Positions 28,999-40,587 of a DNA stretch of 64,000 nt are shown here, piece by piece. The notes beneath the pieces are model-generated. The model saw only the letters and a list, made by a program, of their open reading frames with translations. It was not told the DNA's origin and made no database searches. Origin of the DNA: Macrostomum hystrix (lineage: Eukaryota; Animalia; Platyhelminthes). The translations under genes and the position numbers were made by a program. Position 1 is the stretch's first letter. Each line of letters starts with the position of its first letter. Location: assembly GCA_950097015.1 (NCBI GenBank), contig CATNEN010000039.1, positions 1,054,001-1,118,000 of the forward strand, read 5' to 3'.

Positions 28999-29083
28999 CT
29001 TTTGTTTGCTGACCCAGTGTAAGCTTCGGCCTTTGACTTTTTATTGAGATGTTTAGGCCTTCCAAACACTAAACTCTGGATTG

Positions 29084-29700
29084 CCCAGTTTGACCTACTG
29101 TACTCGAGCTGTGGCTGACCCAGTTTGACCTACTGTACTCGAGCTGTGGCTGACCCAGTTTGACCTACTGTACTCGAGCTGTGGCTGACCCAGTTTGACC
29201 TACTGTACTCGAGCTGTGGCTGACCCAGTTTGACGTACTGTACTCGAGCTGTGGCTGACCCACTTTGACCTACTGTACTCGAGCTGTGGCTGACCCAGTT
29301 TGACCTACTGTACTCGAGCTGTGGCTGACCCACTTTGACCTACTGTACTCGAGCTGCGGCTGACCCAGTTTGACCTACTGTACTCGAGCTGTGGCTGACC
29401 CAGTTTGACCTACTGTACTCGAGCTGTGGCTGACCCACTTTGACCTACTGTACTCGAGCTGTGGCTGACCCAGTTTGACCTACTGTACTCGAGCTGTGGC
29501 TGACCCAGTTTGACCTACTGTACTCGAGCTGTGGCTGACCCACTTTGACCTACTGTACTCGAGCTGCGGCTGACCCAGTTTGACCTACTGTACTCGAGCT
29601 GCGGCTGACCCAGTTTGACCTACTGTACTCGAGATGTGGCTGACCCAGTTTGACCTACTGTACTCGAGCTGTGGCTGACCCAGTTTGACCTACTGTACTG
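29084..29700. repeat. 35-bp minisatellite just 3' of the KCTD3 stop
   Basis: Unit CCCAGTTTGACCTACTGTACTCGAGCTGTGGCTGA, about 17 copies. Confidence 0.97.
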
Positions 29701-30102
29701 AAGATGTTTGTCATGATCTCAGTCTTGGCTATTCGATTCGTAATAGTTTTCGGTGACTCATTTTAGGCCTTTTTACTGGTTTTATCAAGGTGTGAATCAT
29801 TATTTTGCATCTTATGTCTTCTCAGAATCTTAAATTTGTCCTTTTTGCTTTTAGCGCTAATCCGGCTGTCAGATTTTTACAATTAATGCAAGATCGCTTG
29901 TGCTTATGCAAATAATTTTCAATATTTTTTACTTATGAAACCCTCTTACTCTAGTCTCAAATGAACAGCTGAGATTGCTGTTTTAGAAACTCCGTTAATA
30001 ACAATGAAAACCAATGTATAAACAGCTGCTGCCGTTGCAGATGCCTTCGATGTCTCCTGTTTCACTTTGTTCATCACTTGCTAACCAGATATCCACAGAG
30101 AT

Positions 30103-30464
30103 CCCATCTCAGCAATGACCCATCACAGCAATGACCCATCATAGCAATGAACCATCACAGCAATGACCCATCATAGCAATGACCCATCATAGCAATGAAC
30201 CATCACAGCAATGACCCATCATAGCAATGACCCATCATAGCAATGACCCATCATAGCAATGACCCATCACAGCAATGACCCATCATAGCAATGAACCATC
30301 ACAGCAATGACCCATCACAGCAATGACCCATCATAGCAATGAACCATCACAGCAATGACCCATCACAGCAATGACCCATCACAGCAATGACCCCCCATCA
30401 CAGCAATGACCTATCACAGCAATGTCCCATCACAGCAATGACCCATCACGGCAATGATCCCATC
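30103..30464. repeat. 16-bp minisatellite
   Basis: Unit AGCAATGACCCATCA(C/T); ends about 20 nt before the CNTD1 acceptor. Confidence 0.95.
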
Positions 30465-30484
30465 CACCATTGATCCTATCACAG

Positions 30485-32581
30485 CACTTCGTCATCAAAC
30501 TCCCTCAGCTCCCAGACTCGTCTCCGACAACGCAGTGCCGCCGGCCCAGGCAGCTTTTCTGGCAGCTGGTCCAGGGCAGCGGCGACCACAGTCCACGACT
30601 GCCGCACTTGCCAGAACTGCCGCCTCCGTCAGTGCTGTCGCCGGTTCCCGACTTTTCCAGCCTGTCGGCCTCGACGCCGCCACCGCCACCGGGCCTGATT
30701 GACATTCAAGAGAGCGAATACCCGCAGCTGACCGGCGCCAGCCGCCAGCGCGCGCTGAATGTCTACCTAGTCAGGTGCGATCGCCTGCTAGCCAGCTTTC
30801 ACCCGGCTGTGGAGGCCGCAGCTAGGCTCTTGTTCAGCGTGTGCGGCCTACTCGGCTTGCCCGACGGTTCGGCCCGCCTGGCCGTGGAGATCTACTGCCG
30901 CCTGCTGTGGCTGTGGGTGGGCGTTGAGCGTCGGCGCGACCACGCCTTCCTGCGACTCAGCGTGGTGAGTGGGAACCATCTGTCAGTGCCGAGCTCCTGA
31001 ACTCCAAACTACTTAAACCTGGCATCTTCCTAATCTCAGGATCTCTTCAGGTACTCCACCTTGACCTTCCTCAGACCCCTTCTCCATCAGCTCAGAAATC
31101 CTCAGACCCTTCTCCCTCAGCTCAGAAATCCTCAGACCCCTTCTCCCTCAGCTCAGAAATCCTCAGACCCCTTCTCCCTCAGCTCAGAAATCCTCAGACC
31201 CTTCTCCCTCAGATCAGAAATCCTCAGACCCTTCTCCCTCAGCTCAGAAATCCTCAGACCCTTCTCCCTCAGCTCAGAAATCCTCAGACCCTTCTCCCTC
31301 AGATCAGAAATCCTCAGACCCTTCTCCCTCAGATCAGAAATCCTCAGACCCCTTCTCCCTCAGCTCAGAAATCCTCAGACCCCTTCTCCCTCAGCTCAGA
31401 AATCCTCAGACCCCTTCTCCCTCAGCTCAGAAATCCTCAGACCCTTCTCCCTCGGATCAGAAATCCTCAGACCCTTCTCCCTCAGCTCAGAAATCCCAGG
31501 CTCTTCTCCCTCAGCTCAAAAATCCTCAGACCCCTTCTCAATCAGCTCAGAAATCCTCAGACCCCTTCTCCCTCAGCTCAGAAATCCTCAGACCCTTCTC
31601 CCTCAGATCAGAAATCCTCAGACCCTTCTCCCTCAGCTCAGAAATCCTCAGACCCTTCTCCCTCAGCTCAGAAATCCTCAGACCCTTCTCCCTCAGATCA
31701 GAAATCCTCAGACCCTTCTCCCTCAGATCAGAAATCCTCAGACCCCTTCTCCCTCAGCTCAGAAATCCTCAGACCCCTTCTCCCTCAGCTCAGAAATCCT
31801 CAGACCCCTTCTCCCTCAGCTCAGAAATCCTCAGACCCTTCTCCCTCGGATCAGAAATCCTCAGACCCTTCTCCCTCAGCTCAGAAATCCCAGGCTCTTC
31901 TCCCTCAGCTCAAAAATCCTCAGACCCTTCTCCCTCAGCTCAAAAATCCTCAGGCTCTTGACCCCCTCCCCGCAGGCCTCGCGCCGCAAGTTTCACCTGA
32001 CATCGCTGACAATCTGCCTGGCGCTGGCCTGCAAGATGCGCAACCGCTGCCTTTGCCTGGGCGAGGCCGAGGCTGTCAGCCTCATGCGCTGCATGGGCGT
32101 CAGGTCCGCCTCCAGCGCGCACTTCATCGACTCCGAGCGCCAGATCTTCGAAGCCATGGGCCTGGCGCTGAACTTCGACTGCGCCCTGGACCTGGCCTCC
32201 TACCACCTCGCTGCGCTGGCCCGGCGGTCCGCTTCCTCCCTGACCATCGGCGAGCCGCTCTTCGACAAGCTGCGCCAGGTTGTGCGCCTGGGCTACGTTC
32301 TGTCAGGCGCATTGTACCGCGCCCAAAGGCAGCAGCTGGGCCAGCCAGGACGTGTCTGCCCGCGTCGGCGCCTCCTCTGCCTGCACACCGTGGCGCCAAT
32401 TCTGTGCGCTGCAGCCCTGCTGCCCGACCACCTGCGGCCCTGCGCCTGCCTGCGCCGCCTGGCGCGCCTCCTGGCTGATGTCACCGGCCAGCCCGCCGAA
32501 CTCATTGTGGCCTGCGCCTGCCTCATTGTGAGCTGCATTGTCGAGGCCGGCTCCGATGAGCCCGACTCCACCACCGCCTGA
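30485..32581 (+). CDS. CNTD1: Cyclin N-terminal domain-containing 1 (CNTD1/COSA-1-like meiotic crossover factor); exons 30485-30964 and 31976-32581; no ATG visible at the start
   Basis: Acceptor atcacag|CAC, donor GTG|gtgagt and acceptor ccccgcag|GCC are all phase 0. LAVEIYCRL, KFHLTSLTICLALACKM, SERQIFEAMGLALNF and LARLLADVTGQPAELI line up colinearly with recalled CNTD1 motifs (AVEILERF, KFTLRLVSCVQLASKL, SELDVLKSLNFRIN, HLQSITGI). Confidence 0.78.
31066..31955. repeat. 30/31-bp minisatellite in the CNTD1 intron
   Basis: Unit CTCAGAAATCCTCAGACCC(C)TTCTCCCTCAG, with an internal duplicated block (about 390 bp offset) marked by the cggatc and cccaggc variants. Confidence 0.97.
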
Positions 32582-33002
32582 TACGCCTGGCTGTTGACCC
32601 GTTCACTCACTCAACTCACTTATTCCTCTCTACAATGTCTTCCCCGCAATGACTGATTGCAGATTGCACGTCAATGCATTCTTTTTCCTATAGTGTAACT
32701 ATCTGGCTTGTTTCTCTTCCGTTACTTAGAGTAGTGCAGCACGAACTTCGCTAGATTCTTAGTTTAGCTATTGCTCTTTGGTGCAGCTCAATTCTGCATT
32801 TACGCTGTTTACTAGTGTACATTTTCTGGCATTTGAAAAAATACATATTTGCTTTTTAATTGTTTGAAATTTATTGTTGCAGTTTTTATAAAGCGACAGT
32901 CAAACGCCGGGTGCTTTTGCAATCTGCAAAACTATTTTTGTGTGAATTTTGTATTGTCTCCTTTCTCCTTCTGTGCCTCCTTAACCTCTGAATCATTACT
33001 CA

Positions 33003-33964
33003 CCCAGACACCTGAACCCCTGCTTCCCAGACACCTGAACCCCTGCTCCCCAGACACCTGAGCCTCTGCTCCCCAGACACCTGAACCCCTGCTTCCCAGA
33101 CACCTGAACCCCTGCTCCCCAGACACCTGAACCCCTGCTCCCCAGACACCTGAGCCCCTGCTCCCCAGACACCTGAACCCCTGCTCCCCAGACACCTGAA
33201 CCCCTGCTGCCCAGACACCTGAACGCCTGCTCCCCAGACACCTGAACCCCTGCTCCCCAGACACCTGAACCCCTGCTCCCCAGACACCTGAACCCCTGCT
33301 CCCCAGACACCTGAACCCCTGCTCCCCAGACAACTGAACCCCTGCTGCCCAGACAAGTGAACCCCTGCTCCCCAGACACCTGAACCCCTGCTCCCCAGAC
33401 ACCTGAACCCCTGCTCCCCAGACACCTGAACCCCTGCTGCCCAGACACCTGAACCCCTTCTGCCCAGACACCTGAACCCCTGCTCCCCAGACAACTGAAC
33501 CCCTGCTCCCCAGACAAGTGAACCCCTGCTCCCCAGACAAGTGAACCCCTGCTCCCCAGACAAGTGAACCCCTGCTCCCCAGACACCTGAACCCCTGCTC
33601 CCCAGACAAGTGAACCCCTGCTCCCCAGACAAGTGAACCCCTGCTCCCCAGACAACTGAACCCCTGCTCCCCAGACAAGTGAACCCCTGCTCCCCAGACA
33701 CCTGAACCCCTGCTCCCCAGACAAGTGAACCCCTGCTCCCCAGACAAGTGAACCCCTGCTCCCCAGACAAGTGAACCCCTGCTCCCCAGACAACTGAACC
33801 CCTGCTCCCCAGACAAGTGAACCCCTGCTCCCCAGACACCTGAACCCCTGCTCCCCAGACAAGTGAACCCCTGCTCCCCAGACAAGTGAACCCCTGCTCC
33901 CCAGACAAGTGAACCCCTGCTCCCCAGACACCTGAACCCCTGCTCCCCAGACAACTGAATCCCT
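33003..33964. repeat. 23-bp minisatellite
   Basis: Unit CCCCAGACA(CC/AG/AC)TGAACCCCTGCT; the dominant variant changes from CC to AG along the array. Confidence 0.97.
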
Positions 33965-34374
33965 ACTCAATTAAGTTGATGAAGCACTACTCCGCCAGTC
34001 AACTGAACATTGGTAAAAGCTGTTGCTTTTTGTTCACCTAAATTTGCAATTACGAGTAGAAAGGCCATGCAAGTCAATTTTTGGCTTCAGTTTGAAAATG
34101 TTCTGCGGTTTTGCATTTCAAGTCCGCATGTGTCGTCTATGAGTACAATATTCGGCTGAAACTAACCACTGTTAATCTCTAATTAGTCAGAGAATACATA
34201 TTTTCAGATTTTTTCATTTTTTTGCGAATTGATAAAGGCTTATAGATAAGACTGGGCCGTCTCCCAAGGGTATTAAATCTGACCTTCTGTTAGCTATCTG
34301 GTGAGTGAGCAGCACAGGTAACTTAATGCACAGTGGATACTGTGACAGGTTGAGAACGGTCTCAAAGCAATCAC

Positions 34375-35158
34375 ATGGACTCAGACGATCCGTTCGCCGT
34401 AGATCAGCAGGCATTGGAGGAGAAGCTTCAGCCTCTGCAGAGAAGCTTTGAGCGTTGGCGTGCGGTCAAGTCGGCCCTCAGTAACAGCGCACAAAGCGGC
34501 CACGTCGACAGCGCCACAGATGCCATTCCCGCCGACCTTCTGCAGGACGAGCTCAAATGGCTTACAGGTGCGAGCCATTGCCAGACTGCTGGCTTTTGCA
34601 CTACTGTCCGTAGCCCACTGCCACCGTCCCCAATTATCATATCAGGTGCTTATTCATTGGGAGGTTGTATTCCCAGTATTCAGAGCTTCAAAGTTGGGTT
34701 CAGAGCTCCCTACTCTGACTTCTGAGTAGAAATCAGAGTACCCCCCGAGTCCTGAACCCTCTACTATTCCCCGAATCATGAACCCCTAGTACCCCAAACA
34801 CCTGAACCCCTAGTACCCCAACCACCTGAACCCCTACCACCCCCAACTCCTGAACCCCTACCACCCCCGACTCCTGAACCCCTACCACCCCCGACTCCTG
34901 AACCCCTACCACCCCCGACTCCTGAACCCCTACCACCCCCGACTCCTGAACCCCTACCACCCCCGACTCCTCAACCCCTACCACCGAGCCGCGTCTGTGT
35001 CAATGGCTGAACATGCGACGCAACTAGGCTTGATGTCATTTCTATCCATTTTGCCGCAGTTGGCACTGAATCCATTGATATTTTCCAGACGAAATCATTC
35101 GAAGCCTGAAGAGCCTCACTTGGGACCTGAACGATCTGCACGAGACTCTGCTGGCTAT

Positions 35159-35193
<35 letters not shown>

Positions 35194-35597
35194 CCTCTGG
35201 CACCCACAGAGCAGACAACCGGACCCTATTCATCAGCAACACCCGTGCCCTGCTGTCCGCCATCGAAGCTGAAGTGCAGTCTCGGCCTCCGCCAGCCAGG
35301 CCGCATGAAGATTTCGGCGGCGGCGATGTGGAGCTGCTGCTCGGAACTGAGTCCGGCTCCGGGCCGCTCCCCAAGCCGCGCAGCAGCTGCGGCCGCCTGG
35401 CAGTCCTGGCCAGACGGTTCCGCGGTCTCCTCATCTGCCTGGCGCTGCTGCTGGGCCTGGCGTTCCTGTTGTGGGTGTTCTACGATGCGGTGCTCTCCAG
35501 CCAGAGGTGCGCCTGCGCCACAGACAGCATCCCGACCAACCCGCTACCTACTACTTCTGGCTCCAGTAGTATATCGACTGCTGCTAAGAACACGTGA
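34375..35597 (+). CDS. Syntaxin-6 N-terminal (Habc) domain + TM helix protein, about 233 aa; exons 34375-34567 and 35089-35597
   Basis: Phase-1 intron G|gtgcga...ttccag|AC. MDSDDPFAV...FERW...ELKWLTDEIIRSLKSLTWDLNDLHETL...RTLFISNTRALL matches the syntaxin-6/10 N-terminus (DPFF, [36 protein letters not shown]). Hydrophobic GLLICLALLLGLAFLLWVFY follows. AATAAA near 35743. Confidence 0.8.
34738..34985. repeat. 24-bp minisatellite in the syntaxin-like intron
   Basis: Unit CCTGAACCCCTACCACCCCCGACT. Confidence 0.93.
35160..35192 (+). repeat. (CAG)11 coding polyQ tract
   Basis: Pure CAG run in frame in exon 2 of the syntaxin-like gene. Confidence 0.9.
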
Positions 35598-36039
35598 CCA
35601 CCGCCGGTGCGGATCTGCTTCTCTGTTGTAACAATCTGACCTAGAAGGTCCTGGATGGTGTGAAAGCAGCGACTTGTCGATCTCCGTCAAGTTCAGCATA
35701 GCAACTATCAAAGCAATCGAGGCTTTTTCTCCTTGAAGGAAAGAATAAATAAATTAAACAGAGAACACTTTATTCGCATCGAAATTCCCAGAGCAGCCTG
35801 TTGTACTTTTTATTTACTTAATCCCGCGTCATTCAGGCTCGAGTGGGCATCTTCACGAAAACACTCGACCTCATGACATGAGCTGCTCTAGCGGCATTGG
35901 CTGAGCTCCAGCTGTATTCGTGAATCATATTTCTGTCACACTTCAGCATGCTTGTCTGGTGCCTGAAATTGAGGCAAAAGTGCATCCGCCTGCCAGAAGG
36001 CTGGAGCGTCGGCTCGACAGTCCATTGTCTAGGTTAATA

Positions 36040-37921
36040 CTGATGCTAGCTGCTGTCCAGCTGATGCTAGCTTCTGTCCAGTTGATGCTAGCTGCTGTCC
36101 AGCTGATGCTAGCTTCTGTCCAGCTGATGCTAGCTTCTGTCCAGCTGATGCTAGCTTCTGTCCAGCTGATGCTAGCTTCTGTTCAGCTGATGCTAGCTTC
36201 TGTCCAGCTGATGCTAGCTTCTGTCCAGCTGATGCTAGCTGCTGTCCAGCTGATGCTAGCTTCTGTCCAGCTGATGCTAGCTGCTGTCCAGCTGATGCTA
36301 GCTTCTGTCCAGCTGATGCTAGCTTCTGTCCAGCTGATGCTAGCTTCTGTCCAGCTGATGCTAGCTTCTGTCCAGCTGATGCTAGCTTCTGTCCAGCTGA
36401 TGCTAGCTTCTGTCCAGCTGATGCTAGCTTCTGTCCAGCTGATGCTAGCTGCTGTCCAGCTGATGCTAGCTTCTGTCCAGCTGATGCTAGCTGCTGTCCA
36501 GCTGATGCTAGCTTCTGTTCAGCTGATGCTAGCTGATGTCCAGCTGATGCTAGCTTCTGTCCAGCTGATGCTAGCTGCTGTCCAGCTGATGCTAGCTTCT
36601 GTCCAGCTGATGCTAGCTGCTGTCCAGCTGATGCTAGCTTCTGTCCAGCTGATGCTAGCTGCTGTCCAGCTGATGCTAGCTTCTGTCCAGCTGATGCTAG
36701 CTTCTGTCCAGCTGATGCTAGCTGATGTCCAGCTGATGCTAGCTTCTGTCCAGCTGATGCTAGCTTCTGTCCAGCTGATGCTAGCTTCTGTCCAGCTGAT
36801 GCTAGCTGCTGTCCAGCTGATGCTAGCTTCTGTCCAGCTGATGCTAGCTTCTGTCCAGCTGATGCTAGCTTCTGTCCAGCTGATGCTAGCTTCTGTCCAG
36901 CTGATGCTAGCTTCTGTCCAGCTGATGCTAGCTTCTGTCCAGCTGATGCTAGCTTCTGTCCAGCTGATGCTAGCTTCTGTCCAGCTGATGCTAGCTTCTG
37001 TCCAGCTGATGCTAGCTGCTGTCCAGCTGATGCTAGCTGCTGTCCAGCTGATGCTAGCTTCTGTCCAGCTGATGCTAGCTTCTGTCCAGCTGATGCTAGC
37101 TGCTGTCCAGCTGATGCTAGCTTCTGTCCAGCTGATGCTAGCTGCTGTCCAGCTGATGCTAGCTTCTGTCCAGCTGATGCTAGCTTCTGTCCAGCTGATG
37201 CTAGCTTCTGTCCAGCTGATGCTAGCTTCTGTCCAGCTGATGCTAGCTTCTGTCCAGCTGATGCTAGCTTCTGTCCAGCTGATGCTAGCTTCTGTCCAGC
37301 TGATGCTAGCTGCTGTCCAGCTGATGCTAGCTTCTGTCCAGCTGATGCTAGCTTCTGTCCAGCTGATGCTAGCTGCTGTCCAGCTGATGCTAGCTTCTGT
37401 CCAGCTGATGCTAGCTTCTGTCCAGCTGATGCTAGCTTCAGTCCAGCTGATGCTAGCTTCTGTCCAGCTGATGCTAGCTTCTGTCCAGCTGATGCTAGCT
37501 TCTGTCCAGCTGATGCTAGCTTCTGTCCAGCTGATGCTAGCTTCTGTCCAGCTGATGCTAGCTTCTGTCCAGCTGATGCTAGCTTCTGTCCAGCTGATGC
37601 TAGCTTCTGTCCAGCTGATGCTAGCTTCTGTCCAGCTGATGCTAGCTTCTGTCCAGCTGATGCTAGCTTCTGTCCAGCTGATGCTAGCTTCTGTCCAGCT
37701 GATGCTAGCTTCTGTCCAGCTGATGCTAGCTGCTGTCCAGCTGATGCTAGCTTCTGTCCAGCTGATGCTAGCTTCTGTCCAGCTGATGCTAGCTGCTGTC
37801 CAGCTGATGCTAGCTTCTGTCCAGCTGATGCTAGCTGCTGTCCAGCTGATGCTAGCTTCTGTCCAGCTGATGCTAGCTTCTGTCCAGCTGATGCTAGCTG
37901 CTGTCCAGCTGATGCTAGCTA
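36040..37921. repeat. 21-bp minisatellite (about 89 copies)
   Basis: Unit CTGATGCTAGCT(T/G)CTGTCCAG. The 672-aa and 468-aa ORFs are artefacts of this unit. Confidence 0.98.
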
Positions 37922-38130
37922 GCATAATGGCAAGATAGAGGGTCAGAAACAGACTGCCAGTGAGATGTTGGTGAATGCACAGGTCGATGAAGAAATGGCG
38001 CGCGGCTTATCTGTTTATTTTTGTTAATCTCTTTTTTAAGCCACAATAGGAAATGTATTGTGGATAATGTTTCTAAAAACAATTTTAGCTCTTTTGTTTC
38101 GGGATTCGTAGACTGTGGTTCTAGAAATAG

Positions 38131-38649
38131 TTTCCAGTTCGATTTGTCATGCTTTGGGATTTCCAGTTCGATTTGTCATTCTTTGGGATTTCCAGTTCGA
38201 TTTGTCATGCTTTGGAATTTCCAGTTCGATTTGTCATGCTTTGGGATTTCCAGTTCGATTTGTCATGCTTTGGGATTTCCAGTTCGATTTGTCATGCTTT
38301 GGGATTTCCAGTTCGATTTGTCATGCTTTGGGATTTCCAGTTCGATTTGTCATGCTTTGGGATTTCCAGTTCGATTTGTCATGCTTTGGGATTTCCAGTT
38401 CGATTTGTCATGCTTTGGGATTTCCAGTTCGATTTGTCATGCTTTGGGATTTCCAGTTCGATTTGTCATGCTTTGGGATTTCCAGTTCGATTTGTCATGC
38501 TTTGGGATTTCCAGTTCGATTTGTCATGCTTTGGGATTTCCAGTTCGATTTGTCATGCTTTGGGATTTCCAGTTCGATTTGTCATGCTTTGGGATTTCCA
38601 GTTCGATTTGTCATGCTTTGGGATTTCCAGTTCGATTTGTCATGCTTTG
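38131..38649. repeat. 29-bp minisatellite (about 18 copies)
   Basis: Unit TTTCCAGTTCGATTTGTCATGCTTTGGGA. Confidence 0.97.
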
Positions 38650-38799
38650 CCGTCTGACGTTTATGTCAGGGAAATTGCTGGAGGATCAGGTCGGTGACAA
38701 GGGAATGAAGTCAAATTGAAGTCACAGCAGCTAGGACTGAGGCAGAAGCACTCGCTAGGCTGCTCAACCCGAAGGCACCTTCAACGAGTCTAGCAGCCG

Positions 38800-39820
38800 T
38801 CACCAGCCCGACTCCGTCAGCTCGACGCTTTTCTTGGCCTCAGGGCCGCCGCCCACCAGACTGCCGCCTCCGTCACTATGCCCGTCTTCGCCGCCTTCGC
38901 CGCCTTCGCCACCGAGGTCCTCATCGTTGGCATCGTCGTCTACATCGTCGTCAGAGGAGGCCAGAAGCCGGACGGCGGCCTCCGTCAGCAGGCGACGCAG
39001 CCGTCGCAGTCCCTCATCGCCGGCTGGAAGGCGAGGCACCGTCAGTGGCGGTGCCGCCCCGACCGAGCCCGGCGCTGGCCGCAGTCGGTGCAGCAGGCCG
39101 GCCACGGTGTCGTGCTCGCCTCGGCGAACCCTAGCCAGGACTTCCGCCGCGGCGGTCCGTGAGTCCAGCGTCTCGGCAGCCCAGCGGCGCCTGACCAGCA
39201 GCTGGCGCCGGCGGCGGTCGATCTGGGCGGTGAGGCTGGCGCGGTGCCGCCCGGCAGCCGCGCGCAATCGGCGCATGTGGCGCTGAAACGCCTCGCAGAA
39301 GGTGGCCTCGTCAGTGTCCAGCAGCTGCAGCTGAAAGTCACACTCGTCGATGACGCCGGCCAGGTGGGCCTCCTCGATCGGGCTGGCCAGAATCTCGCTG
39401 GAGCGGGTGGTGGCCTCGGCGCTGAGCTGCTCGAGGCCGCGGACCACCAGTGGCTTCATCTCGCGCACCTGCGTAGCCGGGGTGGTTGGGGAAGGGGTAG
39501 GGAGGAGAGAACGGCACATGGGATTATGGGAGATGGGAGATTATGGGAGATGGGAGAGAAAAGTGGATGGCAGAGAATCGCAAGTGGCAGGGCATTCTTA
39601 AATTTCCCACCTGCTCGATGCGGAAGTCCCTCTCCAGCTCTGCCGGGGCCTTCCTGGTGACTCGGCGGCAGTGCGGGCAGACGATGCGGCCGGCCTCGGC
39701 TCCAGGGAGGTCGCGCAGGCAGCGCAGGCAGAAGGAGTGCAGGCAGTCGAGCGCCCGAGGCTCCTGGATCTCGTCCAGGCAGACGCCGCACTCCAGCAGG
39801 CGGATGCGCACGTGCTGCAT
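38800..39820 (-). CDS. TRIM-like RING-HC + coiled-coil protein with acidic tail, about 292 aa; exons 39820-39611 and 39468-38800
   Basis: LECGVCLDEIQEPRALDCLHSFCLRCL...IVCPHCRRVT is a C3HC4 RING of TRIM type. Phase-0 intron CAG|gtggga...acgcag|GTG, then a helical Arg/Glu/Leu-rich region and a DDDVDDDANDED tail. The true start may be further upstream (acceptor-like site 32 nt before the ATG). Confidence 0.8.
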
Positions 39821-40587
39821 GGCGCTGGCGAAATCTCCCAGGAGCAGCAGAACTAGAAATGCTTCCCCAATAAGCGCGAGGGGAAATTGTTAAGCCGCTG
39901 CCACGCGGCAGCCACCCACCCGCGGTTTCAGCTGTCCCAAATTGAGTCTCCGCCACCCCCTACCCAGCACTGCTCCTCGCCTTGCCGCGCTGACTGCGCG
40001 AGTGCGTGCGCGCGGAGGCGGTCCGCCCGGCAGCCGGCTATACGACCAGAGCAGTCCGCTCGAAGCAGGGGATCTGGCAGAGACTCGACCACTGAGAGAC
40101 GCCCGCCCCGCCAGTTCTGGTCCAGCGAGTCGGGGAGGGGGTGGGCAGCCGCTGCAGTTTTGCGGAATGCTCAGGCTAATTATCATTAATTCTGAGGTCA
40201 TCACTAGTCTTTATTTGGAGAGATTTATCCACAAAAGTAGCGTGCCCTTGCTCCATCATCTCACCTGCTGCTTTTCCAAGCGTCTAAATCTATAATTGCA
40301 GCTGAGTTGTTCAAGAGCACCCGTCCCGGGTTCACAGCGTCTGCTCAGTCTATTCTGTGGAAAAATTTCCACGGACGATTGAGAAGTCTCAAACTGCTAT
40401 TGTTCTCAAGGCCTTGCTATTTTTACGCAAACAAAAAGCTAGCCTTCCTTCACCATTGTCTCCATGGCGTCTGAGAGCGAAATCACCTGCTGCTATATTG
40501 TCTGCTATATTTTCGTATTTTTACACTTTGCATCTATAGCAGCCAGCTGCAATCTGAGCCTCATCTTTCCCTTTCTGAGCTTCATAT

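Noticed and set aside
31061-31975. N-terminal 300 aa of the 506-aa ORF
   Set aside because: Intronic minisatellite read-through; the real exon starts at acceptor 31976.
35920-37938. 672-aa (QLMLASV)n ORF and antisense 468-aa ORF
   Set aside because: A 21-bp minisatellite open by chance; no splice or domain context and almost no synonymous variation.
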